DNA from: Verrucomicrobiia bacterium Tous-C4TDCM | Lineage (GTDB): Bacteria; Verrucomicrobiota; Verrucomicrobiia; Verrucomicrobiales; Akkermansiaceae | Assembly: GCA_002304315.1 (NCBI GenBank) | Contig: NEUO01000001.1 | Location: 1 to 61,308 of the forward strand | Direction of reading: 5' to 3' | DNA: 61,308 nt | In this document: positions 1 to 9,121 of the stretch, in pieces | Layout of the letters: the number at the start of each line of letters is the position of its first letter | Position numbering within the stretch: the first letter of the stretch is position 1 | The notes under the pieces: generated by a model | Seen by the model: only the letters and a program-made list of their open reading frames with translations | The model's database searches: none | What the model was told of the DNA's origin: nothing | Program-made: the position numbers and the translations under genes

Positions 1-10
1 CACGACTCTC

Positions 11-487
11 ATGGCCAACGCTCAAGTAATTCTCCGCGAAAAAATCGAAGGTCTCGGCGCCGAGGCCGATGTCGTCAAGGTCCGTGCCGGCTACGCCCGC
101 AACTACCTTGTCCCCCAAGGCAAGGCCTTCGAAGCCACCCGCGCCAACCTCCGCCACGTCGAAAACCTCAAGGCCGGCCGCGCCAAGCGCGAAGCCGACG
201 AACTCGAAGTCGCCAAGGTCCTCGGTGCCAAGATTTCCAAGCTTCGTCCGAAGTTCACCCTCGAAGTCGGCCAAGGCGGCCGCGCTTTCGGCTCGGTGAC
301 CTCTCTCGACATCCACAAGCAACTCGAAGCCGCCGGCATCGTCATCGACCGCCACGCCATCGAACTCGACAAGCCGGTCAAAAAGTCCGGCAAAACCGAC
401 GTCACCGTCCGCGTCCACCCGGAAGTCATCGTGACCTTGACGATCAATGTCGAGTCCAACGGCACCGAGCAGGAAGAAGAAGCCTGA
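11..487 (+). CDS. rplI: 50S ribosomal protein L9
   Basis: N-terminal VILREKIEGLG..DVVKVRAGYARNYLVPQGKA and C-terminal FGSVT motifs; rplI-dnaB synteny. Confidence 0.97.
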   Translation: MANAQVILREKIEGLGAEADVVKVRAGYARNYLVPQGKAFEATRANLRHVENLKAGRAKREADELEVAKVLGAKISKLRPKFTLEVGQGGRAFGSVTSLDIHKQLEAAGIVIDRHAIELDKPVKKSGKTDVTVRVHPEVIVTLTINVESNGTEQEEEA

Positions 488-508
488 GTTCTTCACAAGG
501 TTTTTCAC

Positions 509-543
509 AAAGCGCGGCTCCCACCAGGGACCGCGCTTTTTTT
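509..543 (+). terminator. Rho-independent terminator after rplI
   Basis: AAAGCGCGG-CTCCC-ACCA-GGGA-CCGCGC hairpin followed by a T run. Confidence 0.75.
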
Positions 544-617
544 CATGACCGGGAGCGCGAATCCGCCGACCTCCCCAAGCTCCCTCCTACCGGCAACATC
601 CCCGGCAAACCCCGAGC

Positions 618-656
618 TACCGGGACCGCGGACTTCAGTCCGCAGAACGGTCCCCC
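618..656. repeat. REP-like palindrome, GGGACCGC-CTTYAG family
   Basis: GGGACCGCGGACTTCAGTCCGCAGAACGGTCCC; close copies at 22468 and 22555, related units at 12362 and 39960. Confidence 0.75.
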
Positions 657-810
657 GGGCCCGCCTCCATCTCCGGTCCGCATCGCCTGAGCCGGCGGTC
701 CCCGATTCCATCGCACCTTCATGGTAGCCAGGCGGACTTATTCACAACCTCTTCACAAGTTACCCCTCTTGACCCCGCGCCGTCAAAAACGGCACATTCC
801 CCCTCCACCC

Positions 811-2253
811 ATGGCCGACGACTTCAAGCCCGATCGCAACTCCGACAAGCCCTCTTTTCAAAACGGAGCGACCGGCGAGGACGTCACCCGCTCGATGCCC
901 CACGCCGTCGGCCCGGAGAAGAGCATCCTGTCCTCGATGCTCAAGGACCCCGAGCAGTGGATCGGCATCGCCCTCGAGGAAGGCCTGACCCGCGATCACT
1001 TCTACCTCCCCGGCCACGGCCTGCTGTTCGAAACCCTGCGCGATCTCAACGCGAAGGGCACCGACATCGAGCTCGTCTCGCTGGTCCAGCTCCTCCACGA
1101 CCGCGGCAACCTCGACAGCGTCGGCGGTCCGGCGTCGATCACCGACATTTTCACCTACGCGCCGAACGCCGCGCACTTCCACAACCACCTCTCGCTGGTG
1201 AAGGACAAATATGTCCTCCGCTGCGTGATCCGGACCTGCACCGAGGCCGTCTCCGAAGCTTTCGAGAACCCCGAGGAAACGTTGTCGCTGTTAGACCGCG
1301 TGGAATCCAGCGTGCTCGGCATCCGCCAAGGCAACGAGACCGCCCGCGGCTTCCACATCAAGCAGTCGGTTGGCGAGGTGATCAGCCACTTCGAAGCGCT
1401 GCTTTCCGGCGACGTCGAGGTCCAGGGCGCGCCCACCGGTTACGCCGACCTCGACCGCATGTGCAAGGGCCTCAAGCCGGGGGAAATGTTCGTCGTCGCC
1501 GCCCGTCCGTCGATGGGCAAGACCTCGTTCATGATGAACGTCGCCGAGCACATCTGCATCGATCAGGGCATCCCGAGCATGGTCTTCTCCTGCGAAATGA
1601 CGGCCTTCCAGATCGTCCAGCGCCTCGTCTTCTCGCGGGCCCGTTTCGCCATGGCCCAGATGGGCCGCGGCTTTAAGCCGAAGAAGGAAGACCTGCTCCG
1701 CATCAAGCGCGCCGCCGAGGAGATCGCCTCGTCGAAAATGTTCGTCGACGACACCCCGGGCATCCTCATCGACACCCTCCGTGCCAAGGCCCGCCGCCGG
1801 AAACGCGAGGACAACATCGGCTTCATCGCGATCGACTACCTCCAGCTCCTCAAGTCCGGCTCGAAGCAGGCGCAGAACTCGCGCGAGCGTGAAATCGGTG
1901 AAATTTCCGCCGGCATCAAGGGCCTCGCAAAAGAGCTCGGCATCCCGATCCTGGTCCTCGCCCAGCTCAACCGCGGACCGGAAGGCCGCACCGGCAAATC
2001 GCTCGGCGTGCCCCGCATGTCCGACCTCCGCGAATCCGGCACCATCGAGCAGGACGCCGACATGATCGGCCTGCTCTACCGCACCGCCTACTACGCCGAG
2101 ACCGAAGAGGAAAAGGAAGCAGAAGCCGGCAAGGCGGAGTTGCTCCTCTCGAAAAACCGTAACGGCGAAACCGGTCACGTACCGCTCACCTTCATCGCCG
2201 AGCTCATGCGCTTCGAAACCCGGGCGCGGGACGAGAACGAACACCGGGAATAA
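811..2253 (+). CDS. dnaB: Replicative DNA helicase
   Basis: Walker A AARPSMGKT, IDYLQL, AQLNR, SDLRESGTIEQDAD, KNRNG; start placed at ATG 811. Confidence 0.97.
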   Translation: MADDFKPDRNSDKPSFQNGATGEDVTRSMPHAVGPEKSILSSMLKDPEQWIGIALEEGLTRDHFYLPGHGLLFETLRDLNAKGTDIELVSLVQLLHDRGNLDSVGGPASITDIFTYAPNAAHFHNHLSLVKDKYVLRCVIRTCTEAVSEAFENPEETLSLLDRVESSVLGIRQGNETARGFHIKQSVGEVISHFEALLSGDVEVQGAPTGYADLDRMCKGLKPGEMFVVAARPSMGKTSFMMNVAEHICIDQGIPSMVFSCEMTAFQIVQRLVFSRARFAMAQMGRGFKPKKEDLLRIKRAAEEIASSKMFVDDTPGILIDTLRAKARRRKREDNIGFIAIDYLQLLKSGSKQAQNSREREIGEISAGIKGLAKELGIPILVLAQLNRGPEGRTGKSLGVPRMSDLRESGTIEQDADMIGLLYRTAYYAETEEEKEAEAGKAELLLSKNRNGETGHVPLTFIAELMRFETRARDENEHRE

Positions 2254-2265
2254 GGGCACCGAGAG

Positions 2266-2404
2266 AATCAGCAATCTTCCAATCATCAAGCAGCTTGCCT
2301 TGAAGAAGACCGCTTGCGCCACGACAGAGGTCTTCGTCATGCGCCAGCATCTCCCTTCTTCCACACCTCCGATTGATGATTGAAAGATTGATGATTGATG
2401 ATTG
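2266..2404. repeat. Inverted pair of degenerate heptamer arrays (AATCATC / GATTGAT)
   Basis: 2266-2290 is the near reverse complement of 2372-2396; a similar array lies at 27137-27166. Confidence 0.65.
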
Positions 2405-2414
2405 CCTCTAAAGG

Positions 2415-2678
2415 GTGCCTCCCAAGAAAAAGCCCAACGCCAAACCCCTGGTCGGCTCCGCCTTGGTCAAAGAGGTCTGCCGCCGGATCCGGCTGGCGCG
2501 CAGCTTGTGGGACGCGCACCGCAACGCCGCCTGCCGCGGCGAGCGGGAAAAGGCGATCGCGCTCTATGAAACCTTGAGCGAGGCGGAAAAAGAAAAGGTC
2601 CCGCAAACTCTCCGCGTCTGGCTCCGCTACCGCAGCGAGAAATACTTCGGCGAAGGCCGGACGCCGCCGGGCCGATAG
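2415..2678 (+). CDS. Small conserved hypothetical protein
   Basis: EVCRRIRLARSLWDAH..ACRGERE..LRVWLRYRSEKYFG resembles a conserved ~85-aa family; GTG start. Confidence 0.7.
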   Translation: MPPKKKPNAKPLVGSALVKEVCRRIRLARSLWDAHRNAACRGEREKAIALYETLSEAEKEKVPQTLRVWLRYRSEKYFGEGRTPPGR

Positions 2679-2686
2679 GACTTCTT

Positions 2687-2796
2687 TGGACTGCGGCAGC
2701 CTGCTGCCGCTTTGTTGCCACAGCCTGCTGTGGAGTCGGGCCAGGACTCGTCAGCAGGCTGACGAAGGGAAAGCGGCAGCAGACTGCCGCAGTCCA
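2687..2796. repeat. REP doublet / long inverted repeat between convergent genes
   Basis: TGGACTGCGGCAGCCTGCTGCCGCTTT ... AAAGCGGCAGCAGACTGCCGCAGTCCA. Confidence 0.85.
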
Positions 2797-2803
2797 TGGG
2801 CCA

Positions 2804-3115
2804 TCACCCCGCTTCCGGTGCTTCTTCCGCCGCCTTCTTCACCCGCTGCCCGGGCTTCGCCAGGATCTCGACATAAACCTCGCTCCCACCCGCCGCCTGC
2901 ACTTCCCCGATCGCCTTTTCCAGGTCGCCCGGATGCTTCACCGCCGCGTCTTCCGCCGCCACTCCGACCTTGCAATCGAAGTCCCAGAAGTCCACGCCAT
3001 CGGGCAACGGCTTCCTCCGCTCGCGCTTCAGATACTTGCGGATCTCGTGCTTGACCGCGTCCAGCAACAGCGCCGGCTTACGGTCCGGAAGCTCAAGGGG
3101 AAATTTCTTCTTCAT
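2804..3115 (-). CDS. DUF6172-like protein
   Basis: KHEIRKYLKRERRKPLPDGVDFWDFDCKVG motif recognised. Confidence 0.8.
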   Translation of the reverse strand: MKKKFPLELPDRKPALLLDAVKHEIRKYLKRERRKPLPDGVDFWDFDCKVGVAAEDAAVKHPGDLEKAIGEVQAAGGSEVYVEILAKPGQRVKKAAEEAPEAG

Positions 3116-3420
3116 CCGGACGCCTTGTGCCGCCCGCCCCGGTCCTTGTCCACTGCGATTCCCGATGCGGCCCGCGATCGGCCGGCCCCCCCCCCGCGAT
3201 CCCGGAATAGCCGCACCACTCCATTTCGCCCAGGATCTCCCCGATGAGCCTCACGGCCATCCTCGCTCCTTGAGCGCGAGATTTCCGGCGGGGGCGGAGG
3301 CCCGGGCTTCAGGTCAGCCCTTTCCCCTCCACCCCGCCGGAGATCCCCCCTTCTTTCCCCGCCGGGCCTTCCCGTGCCCCGCGGCGGCCGGATAGTGGCA
3401 CGATCTAGCCCCCGGGAGCC

Positions 3421-3546
3421 AAGAAAGCCGGCGTCCCGGTCGGGTTCCACCTCTACGCCGGCAGCGGCCACGGCTTCGGCGTCCGGCCCGGCAAACGCGC
3501 CCCGGTCGACCGGGGGATCGTCCGCTTCGAAGAGTGGCTGCGGTAG
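3421..3546 (+). pseudogene. C-terminal remnant of an alpha/beta hydrolase (esterase-like)
   Basis: Translates KKAGVPVGFHLYAGSGHGFGVRP..RFEEWLR*; in-frame TAG at 3406 upstream and no start codon. Confidence 0.65.
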
Positions 3547-3897
3547 CCCGAATAGCCGGGATCATTGGGCAGAAGCGAACGCACCGATGTTTGATTGAAG
3601 GTTCACCGACTACTCGGGGGCTACAAAGCCGGATTCTTGCTTGCTACGACTCGGGGATATCCCTTCCCTTAGTATGTCTCTCCAGGGAGACGAGGATGTA
3701 AGAACCCTCCGCAACAAGCGGTCGGCATCGACCGCAACGATGCCGCCAACCAGGCCCAAAGGCCGGGGAGGCGGCGGTGCATGTCCAGGCCTTCCTTCGG
3801 GGAGACTAAAGACCGTCGCAGCCGACTTGTTGCGGCTTCTTACCTCCCCGTCCACCAGGAAGGAAATCCCGGAACTGAATCCCTAGCCCTCCCTGAC

Positions 3898-6819
3898 ATG
3901 AAAAACCTTTGGTTGCTTCTCTCCGTCGCCGCAGCGGCTTGCCCTCTCTCCGCCCGCGATCTCGCGCCGGATTACTGGGTCGAGAACGTGATGGCCACCG
4001 ACGATTCGGTGCAGCAATCCCTCGTTTTCCGCACCGTCCCCGGCGTCGCCTACCGGGTCGAGACCACGGAAAACCTGACATCATGGACGGCGGGCGACGA
4101 GATCTACGGCATGGGCCATGAATACGTGGTGCCGGTGCGCGAATTCACTCCGCCCCCACCGCCGCCCGGTGGCGGTGGGGGCCCGTTGCACACTGCCCCG
4201 GTTCGCAGGACCGTCAGCCTGATGCTCAAGCGCTCCAACGCGCCGGAGGGCGGCACCGTCGCAAGCTGGCCGTCGCTTGGCGGCGGTGGCGGCGTGACCG
4301 TCCTGTTGGAGGAGAACCTCGGCCCCGGCTGGGATCTCACCCCGCTGTTCTGGGTTTCCGAGGGCGACTACAATTTCTTCATCTGGCATCCCTTTCTGCC
4401 CGCTGCCCCGCCGACCTCCACGCCGTCGCTTGCCCTCGCGGACCAGGGGTTCCTGTCCGAGCTTGAAGCCCGCCTGCCGGCGATGAACGCGCAGGTGGCG
4501 ATCAACGAAATCCACGCCCGCAATGCCCCGCCGCCCGGGCCGCCGGCTCCTGGGTCGAGGAAGTTTTGGCGCGTCCATGCCGACTGGAGCGTCGATACGG
4601 ACGGCGACGAAAGCCCCGATTGGGCCGAGTTCGAGATGATGGCGGACCCGCTGCATCCTTCCCACTCGCTTGCCGATCCATTCGAGAGCGACACCGACGG
4701 AAACCAGATCAAGGACGGCAGCCAGACTGACACTGATATCGATGGCACCCCGGACAACATCGACATTGGCGTGGGCGACGCCGCCGTGTCTGAGGTGATC
4801 TCAGCCCCGCCGCGTTACGCCTTGTTCCCGCTTCCCGTCGTGATCCAGAATAACGCTCGGCGGGCACCCTTGGGCATCAACGACCGGGGGACGGTCCTTT
4901 ACCCGCGGACGGCTTGGAGGAATGGGGAGTTGATCTCGCTCAAAGCTAGCACCGGCACCCTTGAGACATGGGATGCCTTGGCTCAGAATGACGCCGGAGA
5001 AATCGTCGGCAATGGCAAGCTAACCATTCCTTCCGCAGTACCGGGTCTGGCGGATGTGACAGTACTTTGGGCGTCACCCGAAGCCGATCCGGAGGCAGTG
5101 ACCTACACCGATGCCGACGGAAAGGTGCTCCACGGCACGATCGAAGGTGCAGATCGTGGCGGGGCGCTGTTGTCGAATGATGGACATGTAATGATCGCAG
5201 GCTCCAAATGGTATTCCATGGGTGCTGGGGGAAGCTTGACGCAGGGTGAGCTTGGTGACGGTCCCGCATTGTGGAAGTTGCCCCGTGACGGCCATCCCGC
5301 GGCCCGCGCACCTATTACACCCAAGGTGCCTGGATTGACCCAAATCCTCGATAAGGACACCTACTGGGGATACGACGAGAATACCCTAAAGTCCCGATGG
5401 GGCGGGACCACTCCGGCACCCCCGCTGGACAACCGGATCGTGAAAGTCACGAGGTCGCTCAGCGGCACCCTGACCGTGTTCTACGATCAAGGTCCTCCGC
5501 ACCGGCGTTACGTACCTCCGGGTTTGGGATGGATTCCAAGCGCGATTTTCGCCAACGCCACGGACCTCGCGGCCGATGGCTCGGCTATCGGTGCCACCTC
5601 CGCCATCCGAACCGCGCCGATGATGACCAACGGAAACTGGAAAGAGCTCGTAGCCATGGCTCCCCAGGCGGCTCCTCCCTGGGATGGCGATTCTGTCCAC
5701 CTCTCCGACATCAGTCCCATGGGGTGGGCGCTCGCCAGCGAGGGAGAGGGCGGCGAGACCCGCTTCGGCGCGCTGCTCCCGTTGAGACTCGAAGGACGGC
5801 TGGCCCGGGACGGGCAGATCCTGAAGGAAGCCGCCGGGGTGGACGCGATGTCGATCCGCAGCCACCGGCCGGGGGACGCGGTGCTCCAGCGGCAGTGGGT
5901 CATGGTCCCGTCGGGCGGCAGCACCCCGCTGACGCTCCGCGCGCCTCTCAATGAGGATACTGAGCTCAAGATCGAAGGCGCGAACTTGACCTTCGGCGGC
6001 ACCGCCGGCTCGGTCACCGTTTCATCCGACGTGAACGCTTTGAGCATCTCCGCCGCGGCCACCGTCGCCAGCGGCTCGGAAATCCCCCTGAAGCTGACCC
6101 TCGGCGGAACCGAATCAGTGAGTTACCCGATTGCCGTGAAAGTGATGAAACCGCGGGTGATCAAGGTGGCGCTGTTCAAAGTGACGAAGGTCTTCACACC
6201 TCCGCTGGGGCCGTTGCCGGCGAACGACCCGGTGCCCAACCCGCCCGACATCGTTCCGGACGAGACGGCGCTGGAAACATACCTGAACAAGATCTACCAG
6301 CCCCAAATGAACGTCACTTCCGACATCATTCCCGTGGCCGCGCCGGTGGAATCCGACTGGGACGTCCTTGGCCGGAACGCCACACTGGATATCGCCGGCC
6401 CGGACAGCCATTCAAGCGAGCAGGAGACCGTCCTCGCCGCCGCGGGTCCCGGACCGCCGGCGAACATCAAGCTGTTCCTGATGGGGACTTCCAATAACTT
6501 CGGGGGTACCTTGCACGCCAGCGGCTACGCCAACCGAGCGGCCAGAACCTGCTGGGTGGTGGCCGAACCACTGAGCGGCACCACCACGGGCTACTTGAAT
6601 CACATTATTGCCCATGAAATCGGCCACGTCATCAGGGGCAATGGACATCCCGGCGAAGACATCGGCCCGGGCCAGCTACCCGGCGTGTCCGCCAACACGC
6701 GCCTGATGACCACGAAGCCCAACCCCGCGGAGTTGGGCAACGTCCTCGTGAAGGAAGAATGGGACGAGGCGGAAACTTGGATGAAGATGGAAGAAGCCGC
6801 GAATCGATTGGGATCATGA
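3898..6819 (+). CDS. Large secreted protein with Ca-binding DxDxD repeats and C-terminal zincin-like HEXXH domain
   Basis: Signal peptide MKNLWLLLSVAAAACPLSA; DTDGDESPD/DTDGNQIKD/DTDIDGTPD; AHEIGHVIRGNGH..RLM. Confidence 0.8.
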   Translation: MKNLWLLLSVAAAACPLSARDLAPDYWVENVMATDDSVQQSLVFRTVPGVAYRVETTENLTSWTAGDEIYGMGHEYVVPVREFTPPPPPPGGGGGPLHTAPVRRTVSLMLKRSNAPEGGTVASWPSLGGGGGVTVLLEENLGPGWDLTPLFWVSEGDYNFFIWHPFLPAAPPTSTPSLALADQGFLSELEARLPAMNAQVAINEIHARNAPPPGPPAPGSRKFWRVHADWSVDTDGDESPDWAEFEMMADPLHPSHSLADPFESDTDGNQIKDGSQTDTDIDGTPDNIDIGVGDAAVSEVISAPPRYALFPLPVVIQNNARRAPLGINDRGTVLYPRTAWRNGELISLKASTGTLETWDALAQNDAGEIVGNGKLTIPSAVPGLADVTVLWASPEADPEAVTYTDADGKVLHGTIEGADRGGALLSNDGHVMIAGSKWYSMGAGGSLTQGELGDGPALWKLPRDGHPAARAPITPKVPGLTQILDKDTYWGYDENTLKSRWGGTTPAPPLDNRIVKVTRSLSGTLTVFYDQGPPHRRYVPPGLGWIPSAIFANATDLAADGSAIGATSAIRTAPMMTNGNWKELVAMAPQAAPPWDGDSVHLSDISPMGWALASEGEGGETRFGALLPLRLEGRLARDGQILKEAAGVDAMSIRSHRPGDAVLQRQWVMVPSGGSTPLTLRAPLNEDTELKIEGANLTFGGTAGSVTVSSDVNALSISAAATVASGSEIPLKLTLGGTESVSYPIAVKVMKPRVIKVALFKVTKVFTPPLGPLPANDPVPNPPDIVPDETALETYLNKIYQPQMNVTSDIIPVAAPVESDWDVLGRNATLDIAGPDSHSSEQETVLAAAGPGPPANIKLFLMGTSNNFGGTLHASGYANRAARTCWVVAEPLSGTTTGYLNHIIAHEIGHVIRGNGHPGEDIGPGQLPGVSANTRLMTTKPNPAELGNVLVKEEWDEAETWMKMEEAANRLGS

Positions 6820-7706
6820 ATCGAGTGTTAGTTCTGTTGATCATTGCGACCGTAATCTCAAAAAGTGCCGCCGATGGATGGTATGAAAGCTGGTGGAACG
6901 CGGGAACAACATGGGAAGAGCGATGGTCTAATCTTCTGGCTCGGGTACCATCCATGTTGCCGATGGAACGAGTTGAGGTGATGTCGAAGGCCTTGCCCGA
7001 CGACACCCAGGCAATCGAAGACTCCGCCCATCGGGAACTCGTTGAAAAGATCCGGGCTGTCGTATTGGAGACCCCAGGTCATGCCGAATACTTCGCCAAT
7101 CGTATCAGGGAAGCTCGGAAGAAGGTCGATGAAGCCTCCCCGGAAGACCAGGGACAGTTCTGGCACCCTTTGAACAACGAGCAGATGTATGGCTTCCAAA
7201 CGCTCGGCCAGCTTCCTAGCCCGGAGACGATCCGGGTGCTCGGCGAATTCCTCTACGACGAGCGCGGTCTGTTTCCGAAATACAACCCGGCGCTGCAAGA
7301 CCGCGCTCGCAACCGCGGGGAAAACGCGAATTCCGACCGCGCCCTGATGACGCTCGCCCGAATGCCGCTCATTTTCAAACCGGTGCAACCGCGCATCAGG
7401 AACCACGTGATCTACGACGAGGACATCAACGCCTGGCGGCTGTGGTATGAGCAGATCAAGGCCGGTACCCGGACCTTCCGCTTCGAAGGTGACCCGCAGG
7501 AATACAGTCTCGCCGGGCCTGTGAGCGAGGCGCGGGTTCCGCAAGGAGATGGGGCTTCGAGGAAAGCTCCGCGTTCCCCCGCCGAGGCATCGGCTTCGCC
7601 GTTGGACGAGAAGAAATCCCTGCCCGTATGGTCCCTGGTTGGCGCGAGTCTCCTCTTGGCGACGGCCCTTTGGCTTGCCACGCGGCGGAACTCCCACGCG
7701 GACTGA
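6816..7706 (+). CDS. Exported protein with C-terminal membrane anchor (partner of upstream gene)
   Basis: ATGA overlap with upstream stop; N-terminal hydrophobic signal; C-terminal TM followed by RR. Confidence 0.75.
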   Translation: MNRVLVLLIIATVISKSAADGWYESWWNAGTTWEERWSNLLARVPSMLPMERVEVMSKALPDDTQAIEDSAHRELVEKIRAVVLETPGHAEYFANRIREARKKVDEASPEDQGQFWHPLNNEQMYGFQTLGQLPSPETIRVLGEFLYDERGLFPKYNPALQDRARNRGENANSDRALMTLARMPLIFKPVQPRIRNHVIYDEDINAWRLWYEQIKAGTRTFRFEGDPQEYSLAGPVSEARVPQGDGASRKAPRSPAEASASPLDEKKSLPVWSLVGASLLLATALWLATRRNSHAD

Positions 7707-7772
7707 TCCGCTGCCGCCCGCACCGCACCTGGCCGGTCATTCCACCGGCCAGGCGCGCCGGGATTCAGCCGG

Positions 7773-7916
7773 TCACGGAACCACGATGCTGGCGGTGGCG
7801 GAAATGGCTCCGTCGCCGCCATCGTTCACGTCGGTGACGGTGATTTCCAAAGTGCTCCCGCTGGGCAGGCCGGTGAGGGTGGATGCCGTGGCACCGCCAC
7901 CTTCGTCATTGCGCCC
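7773..7916 (-). pseudogene. C-terminal remnant of a fibronectin type III-like domain protein
   Basis: Translates ..TLTGLPSGSTLEITVTDVNDGGDGAISATASIVVP*; preceded by an in-frame TAG, no start. Confidence 0.5.
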
Positions 7917-7944
7917 CTAGCCTTCCCCGTCCCACGCTCCGCCC

Positions 7945-9096
7945 GTGCCTACCGTCCGTCTCAAATACTTCAGCTACCACCCCGCGATCTGGCCCCGCAT
8001 GATCGGCGAGGTCACCCGCGACGCCAAACCGGGCTCGCTGGTCGAAGTCCTCGACAAGGAAGGCCAGCCCTTCGGCAGCGGCTTCTGGAACCCGAAGGCC
8101 GGCATGCCGCTGCGGGTGTTCGACCACGGCGGCGAAGTCGTCGGCGAGGATTTCTTTCTCAGTGCCATCCAGCGCGCGGCCGAACTCCGCCGCCGGATCC
8201 TCAAGCTCGACGAAACCACCGAAGCCTACCGCGCCATCCACGGCGATGCCGACCAGATGCCCGGCCTGGTAGCCGACAAATTCGGCAGGGTCCTCTCGCT
8301 CGAAGTCACCAACCTCGCCGCTTACCAGCGCCTCGACACCTGGATTCCCGCGCTGAACGAGGCCTTCGACACCGACAAGGTCCACGTTCGCGTCGATCCC
8401 GACCTCGCCCGCATCGAAGGCATCCCTTCGCTCACCCACCACCTTTCCCAGGAGATCCGCCCGCTCAAGATCCGCGAGCACGGCGTGACCTTCCAAATCG
8501 ACCCCGCCGGCGGCCACAAGACCGGCTTTTTCTGCGACCAGCGCGAGAACCGGAAGAAATTCGCCGCCATGGCCGAGGGCCGCAGCGTCCTCGACCTCTG
8601 CTGCTACACCGGCGGCTTTTCGGTCAGCGCCGCCCTCGCCGGAGCCGAGGAAGTCACCGCGGTCGACCTCGATGAAAACTCGATCGAGATGGCCAAGCGC
8701 AACGGTAACCTCAACCAGCAGCGCATCAAGTTCACCCACGCCGACGCCTTCACCTGGGGCCGCACGATGATCGAGAACGGCCGCCAGTGGGATCTCGTCA
8801 TCGCCGACCCGCCGAAGTTCATCCACGGCAAGGAAGACCAGCTCGGCCACAACAAGTACCACGACCTCAACAAGCTCGCGCTCAAGATGGTCAAGCCCGG
8901 CGGCCTCTTCGTCACCTGCTCGTGCTCCGGCATGCTGACCGCGGACGAGTTTGAAAAGATCGTTGTCTCCGCCGCCCACCGTCAGAACCGGCGCTTGCAG
9001 ATCTTCGACCGCACCGGCGCGGGTGCCGATCATCCGACGCTCTCGAACTACCCCGAATCGCGCTATCTGAAGCTCCTCTGGTGCCGGGTGATCTGA
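7945..9096 (+). CDS. rlmI: Class I SAM-dependent rRNA m5C methyltransferase (RlmI family)
   Basis: GHKTGFFCDQRENR, VLDLCCYTGGFS, DPPKF, TCSCSG, DHP..YLK. Confidence 0.88.
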   Translation: MPTVRLKYFSYHPAIWPRMIGEVTRDAKPGSLVEVLDKEGQPFGSGFWNPKAGMPLRVFDHGGEVVGEDFFLSAIQRAAELRRRILKLDETTEAYRAIHGDADQMPGLVADKFGRVLSLEVTNLAAYQRLDTWIPALNEAFDTDKVHVRVDPDLARIEGIPSLTHHLSQEIRPLKIREHGVTFQIDPAGGHKTGFFCDQRENRKKFAAMAEGRSVLDLCCYTGGFSVSAALAGAEEVTAVDLDENSIEMAKRNGNLNQQRIKFTHADAFTWGRTMIENGRQWDLVIADPPKFIHGKEDQLGHNKYHDLNKLALKMVKPGGLFVTCSCSGMLTADEFEKIVVSAAHRQNRRLQIFDRTGAGADHPTLSNYPESRYLKLLWCRVI

Positions 9097-9121
9097 GCAC
9101 CCGGCGCGATCTTCCCGAACC

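Larger units (their letters stand above)
489..757 (+). promoter_or_regulatory. Two pairs of DnaA-box-like 9-mers upstream of dnaB
   Basis: TTTTTCACA (501-509) and TTATTCACA (738-746) match TTWTNCACA; near matches at 489-497 and 749-757. Confidence 0.4.
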
